A model generated the notes under the pieces. It ran no database searches, had not been told where the DNA came from, and worked only from the letters and a program-made list of their open reading frames with translations. The position numbers were made by a program, and so were the translations under genes. A stretch of DNA of 64,000 nucleotides from Malacoraja senta (lineage: Eukaryota): assembly GCA_038087875.1 (NCBI GenBank), contig CM075979.1, forward strand, positions 6,262,001 through 6,326,000. The letters are read 5' to 3'. Positions 61,658-64,000 of the stretch are shown here, piece by piece (the first letter of the stretch is position 1; each line of letters begins with the position of its first letter).

Positions 61658-61969
61658 TGGGCCTGTCCCACTTACGCGACCTTTACAGGGGACTGCCGCG
61701 ACCCGTGAAAGGTCACCAGAATTTTCAACATGTTGAAAATTCAGCGGCGACCAGAAAGACGCTACGACTCTTTGAAGACCATAGGAGACCTCTCACGACC
61801 ATACAGGCGAGCCCTGGCGACATGTCGCGGGTGACCTCTCACGACCATAGGAGACCTCTCACGACCTCTTACGACCATAGGCGACCTCTCACGACCACTC
61901 ACGACCTCTCACGACCTGTCACGGGTCACGACACACGCCTGTAAAGGTCGCGTAAGTCGGACAGGCCCT
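61658..61969. mobile_element. PIF/Harbinger-like MITE nested in a CR1 3' end (~61470-62100)
   Basis: TIR GGGCCTGTCCCACTTACGCGACCTTTACAGG / CCTGTAAAGGTCGCGTAAGTCGGACAGGCCC; TAA TSD (61655-61657, 61970-61972); internal GACCTCTCACGACCATAG repeats. Confidence 0.88.
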
Positions 61970-63214
61970 TAAGGGTGTCAATTATTATGGGAGAAGGCAA
62001 GAGAATGGGGTTGAGAAAGGAAAATAGATCAGCCATGATCGAATGGAGACTTGATGAGCCGAAGAGCCTAATCATGATCCTATTGTGAACAATGATCCTA
62101 TTATATAAAAAACATCATTTATTAGAAATTAATTCCTGGTTAATTGATGACACTATACTGTACATTGCCTCTGAAATGCAGTTCCATTTACATCACAGAA
62201 TACAAGTGACAAAGTGTAATATACGAAACACTGCTGTAAAGCACAATTCAATGATTCAATGATACTTTATTGTCATTTAGTTTAGATTCATTTTCGTTTT
62301 TATTAATCACATCGACAATGAGTTTATAAACCAGGATGGCCTCATAACCAATGGTAAAATAATTCACCAGTCAGATAATCCATGTGTAATGTGGGATCTG
62401 CAATTGAATGTACACTGTTCTTAATGTTTAATGCAAAATAAATATATATTTTACTCAGATTTTACAGTAAATTATTGCAAAATATGCATTCAGAATTTAG
62501 CAATAACAGCAATGAAATTTCAGAAGATTGAAGCTACAGGAGAAGGATGTATGTTTGGGCAAGAACGGATTTGCAGAGTCTATCTCAGTCGCAAATTCCG
62601 TTCAAACAGCAAAGATTCTGAAAAGCAAAAAATAAGCTGATGCTGGAATTTGAAACCACAACAGATGGTTATCATAAGGATCATAAGACATAGGAGCAGA
62701 ATTCATCCATTTGGCCCATCGAGTCTGCTCTGCCATTCGATCATGGCTGATCTATTTTTCGCCTCTCAACGCCATTCTCCTGCCTTCTCCTCTTATAAGC
62801 TCTCGACACCCTTACTAATCAAGACCAATCTCTGAATCTCTATCTGACGAAGAGTCTCGGCCCGAAACATCACCCATTCCTTGCTCCAGAGATGCTGCCT
62901 GACTCGCTGAGTTACTCCAGTATTGTGTGGCTATCTCCGAATCTTTGAGATACCCAGCGGGTCAGGCAACGTGCGAGGATGAATTAACATTTCAAGACAA
63001 TGGCCTCTCATCAGAACGGGTCCAATAAGAGATCATTTGACCAGAAAATGTAAATATCTTTCTCCCCTTCACACATGCCAACAGAGACACTGAGTATTTC
63101 CTGTGCTTTGTGTTTTTACACCAATATATATTCCTCTATTTTTCGTGCACTGGGTGTGGACAATGTGATAACAAAGGCTCTGCACGAGCAAGTAAACATA
63201 TTTTGAATAAATTA

Positions 63215-63906
63215 GTCCAGTTTAGTTTAGTTTAGAGCTACGGCGCTGAAACAGGCCCTTTGGCCGACCAAGTCCGCTCCGACCAGCGATCCCTACAGAG
63301 ACTAGGGTGAATTTGCATTTCCATCAAGCCAATTAACGCATATACCTTTACGTCTTTGGAGTGCGGAGGAAACCAAAATAGACAATAGACAATAGGTGCA
63401 GGAGTAGGCCATTCGGCCTTCGAGCCAGCACCGCCATTTAATGTGATCATGGCTGATCATCCCCAATCAGTACCCCGTTCCTGCCTTCTCCCCATATCCC
63501 CTGACTCCGCAATCTTTAAGAGCTCTATCTAGCTCTCCCTTGAAAGCATCTAGAGATCCGGCTCCACCGCCATCTGAGGCAGAGAATTCCACAGACTCAG
63601 TGTGAAAAAGCCATTCCTCAACTCTGTTCTAAATGGTTTCCCCCTTATTCTTAAACTGTGGCCCCTGGTTCTGGACACCCCCAACATCGGGAACATGTTT
63701 CCTGCCTCTAGCGTGCCAAACCTTGAATAATCTTATATGTTTCAATTAGATTCCCTCTCATCCTTCTAGGTTCTCGGAAAAAACCTCCCCCACCATCGCG
63801 CGGAGAACGTAAAACTCTGCACAGACGAGCACCCGGAGTCGGGATCGAACCCGGGTCACTGGCGCCGTAGGGCAGCAATTCTACCGCTTCGCCACCGTGC
63901 CGCCCT
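63215..63906 (-). mobile_element. V-SINE split by a CR1 3' fragment (~63378-63768)
   Basis: SINE tail at 63215-63375, SINE head CCACCGTGCCGCCC at ~63892-63905, CR1 in between. Confidence 0.8.
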
Positions 63907-64000
63907 AAATAGAGAAGATTTAGAAAGATCCCTTTGATCTGGTATTTTGTTGGTTCACATGCTTGATCAATGGTGTTTTATCATTAATGTTTTATTATTA

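Noticed and set aside
279-62970. CRISPR-like or MITE interpretation of the palindromic repeats
   Set aside because: Vertebrate DNA, no regular repeat-spacer period, asymmetric arms, variable 12-14 bp TSDs and linkage to a GIY-YIG C-terminus indicate a Penelope-like retroelement.
61-63450. Many short ORFs with recurring peptides (e.g. CWSNSAGQAASLE, MLPDPLSYSS, AGVTQRVRQHLW) suggesting a gene family
   Set aside because: They are six-frame translations of the non-coding Penelope-like terminal repeat; frames and stops are not conserved among copies.

Overview
Vertebrate genomic DNA, most likely from a cartilaginous fish (skate/ray-type repeat landscape; inferred from HE1/V-SINE-like SINEs and shark-type CR1 LINEs), with four assembly gaps. 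It holds two + strand developmental genes in their usual vertebrate order: the last two coding exons of fgf3 (2729-2832, 12168-12500; exon 1 lies upstream of the window) and a complete three-exon fgf4 (46091-46397, 48124-48227, 50315-50491; 195 aa). Most of the remainder is nested mobile DNA: CR1, L2, L1/Tx1 and Rex1-like LINE 3' ends, tRNA-derived V-SINEs, PIF/Harbinger MITEs and, dominating everything, more than 40 copies (counted by eye) of a ~130-200 bp repeat. That repeat is the terminus of a Penelope-like retroelement, since it is physically joined to a GIY-YIG C-terminus at 7.7-8.5 kb and 39.2-40.2 kb. It carries a minimal hammerhead-ribozyme core (CUGAAGA-A-GGGU[CUCG/UUCG]RCCC-GAAA-CG-UH). 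These units insert alone or as inverted palindromes with 12-14 bp target-site duplications, sit in sense orientation inside fgf3 and fgf4 introns, and flank several short segments duplicated between fgf3 intron 2 and downstream DNA. Most ORFs in the supplied track are translations of these repeats. Repeat boundaries are approximate.
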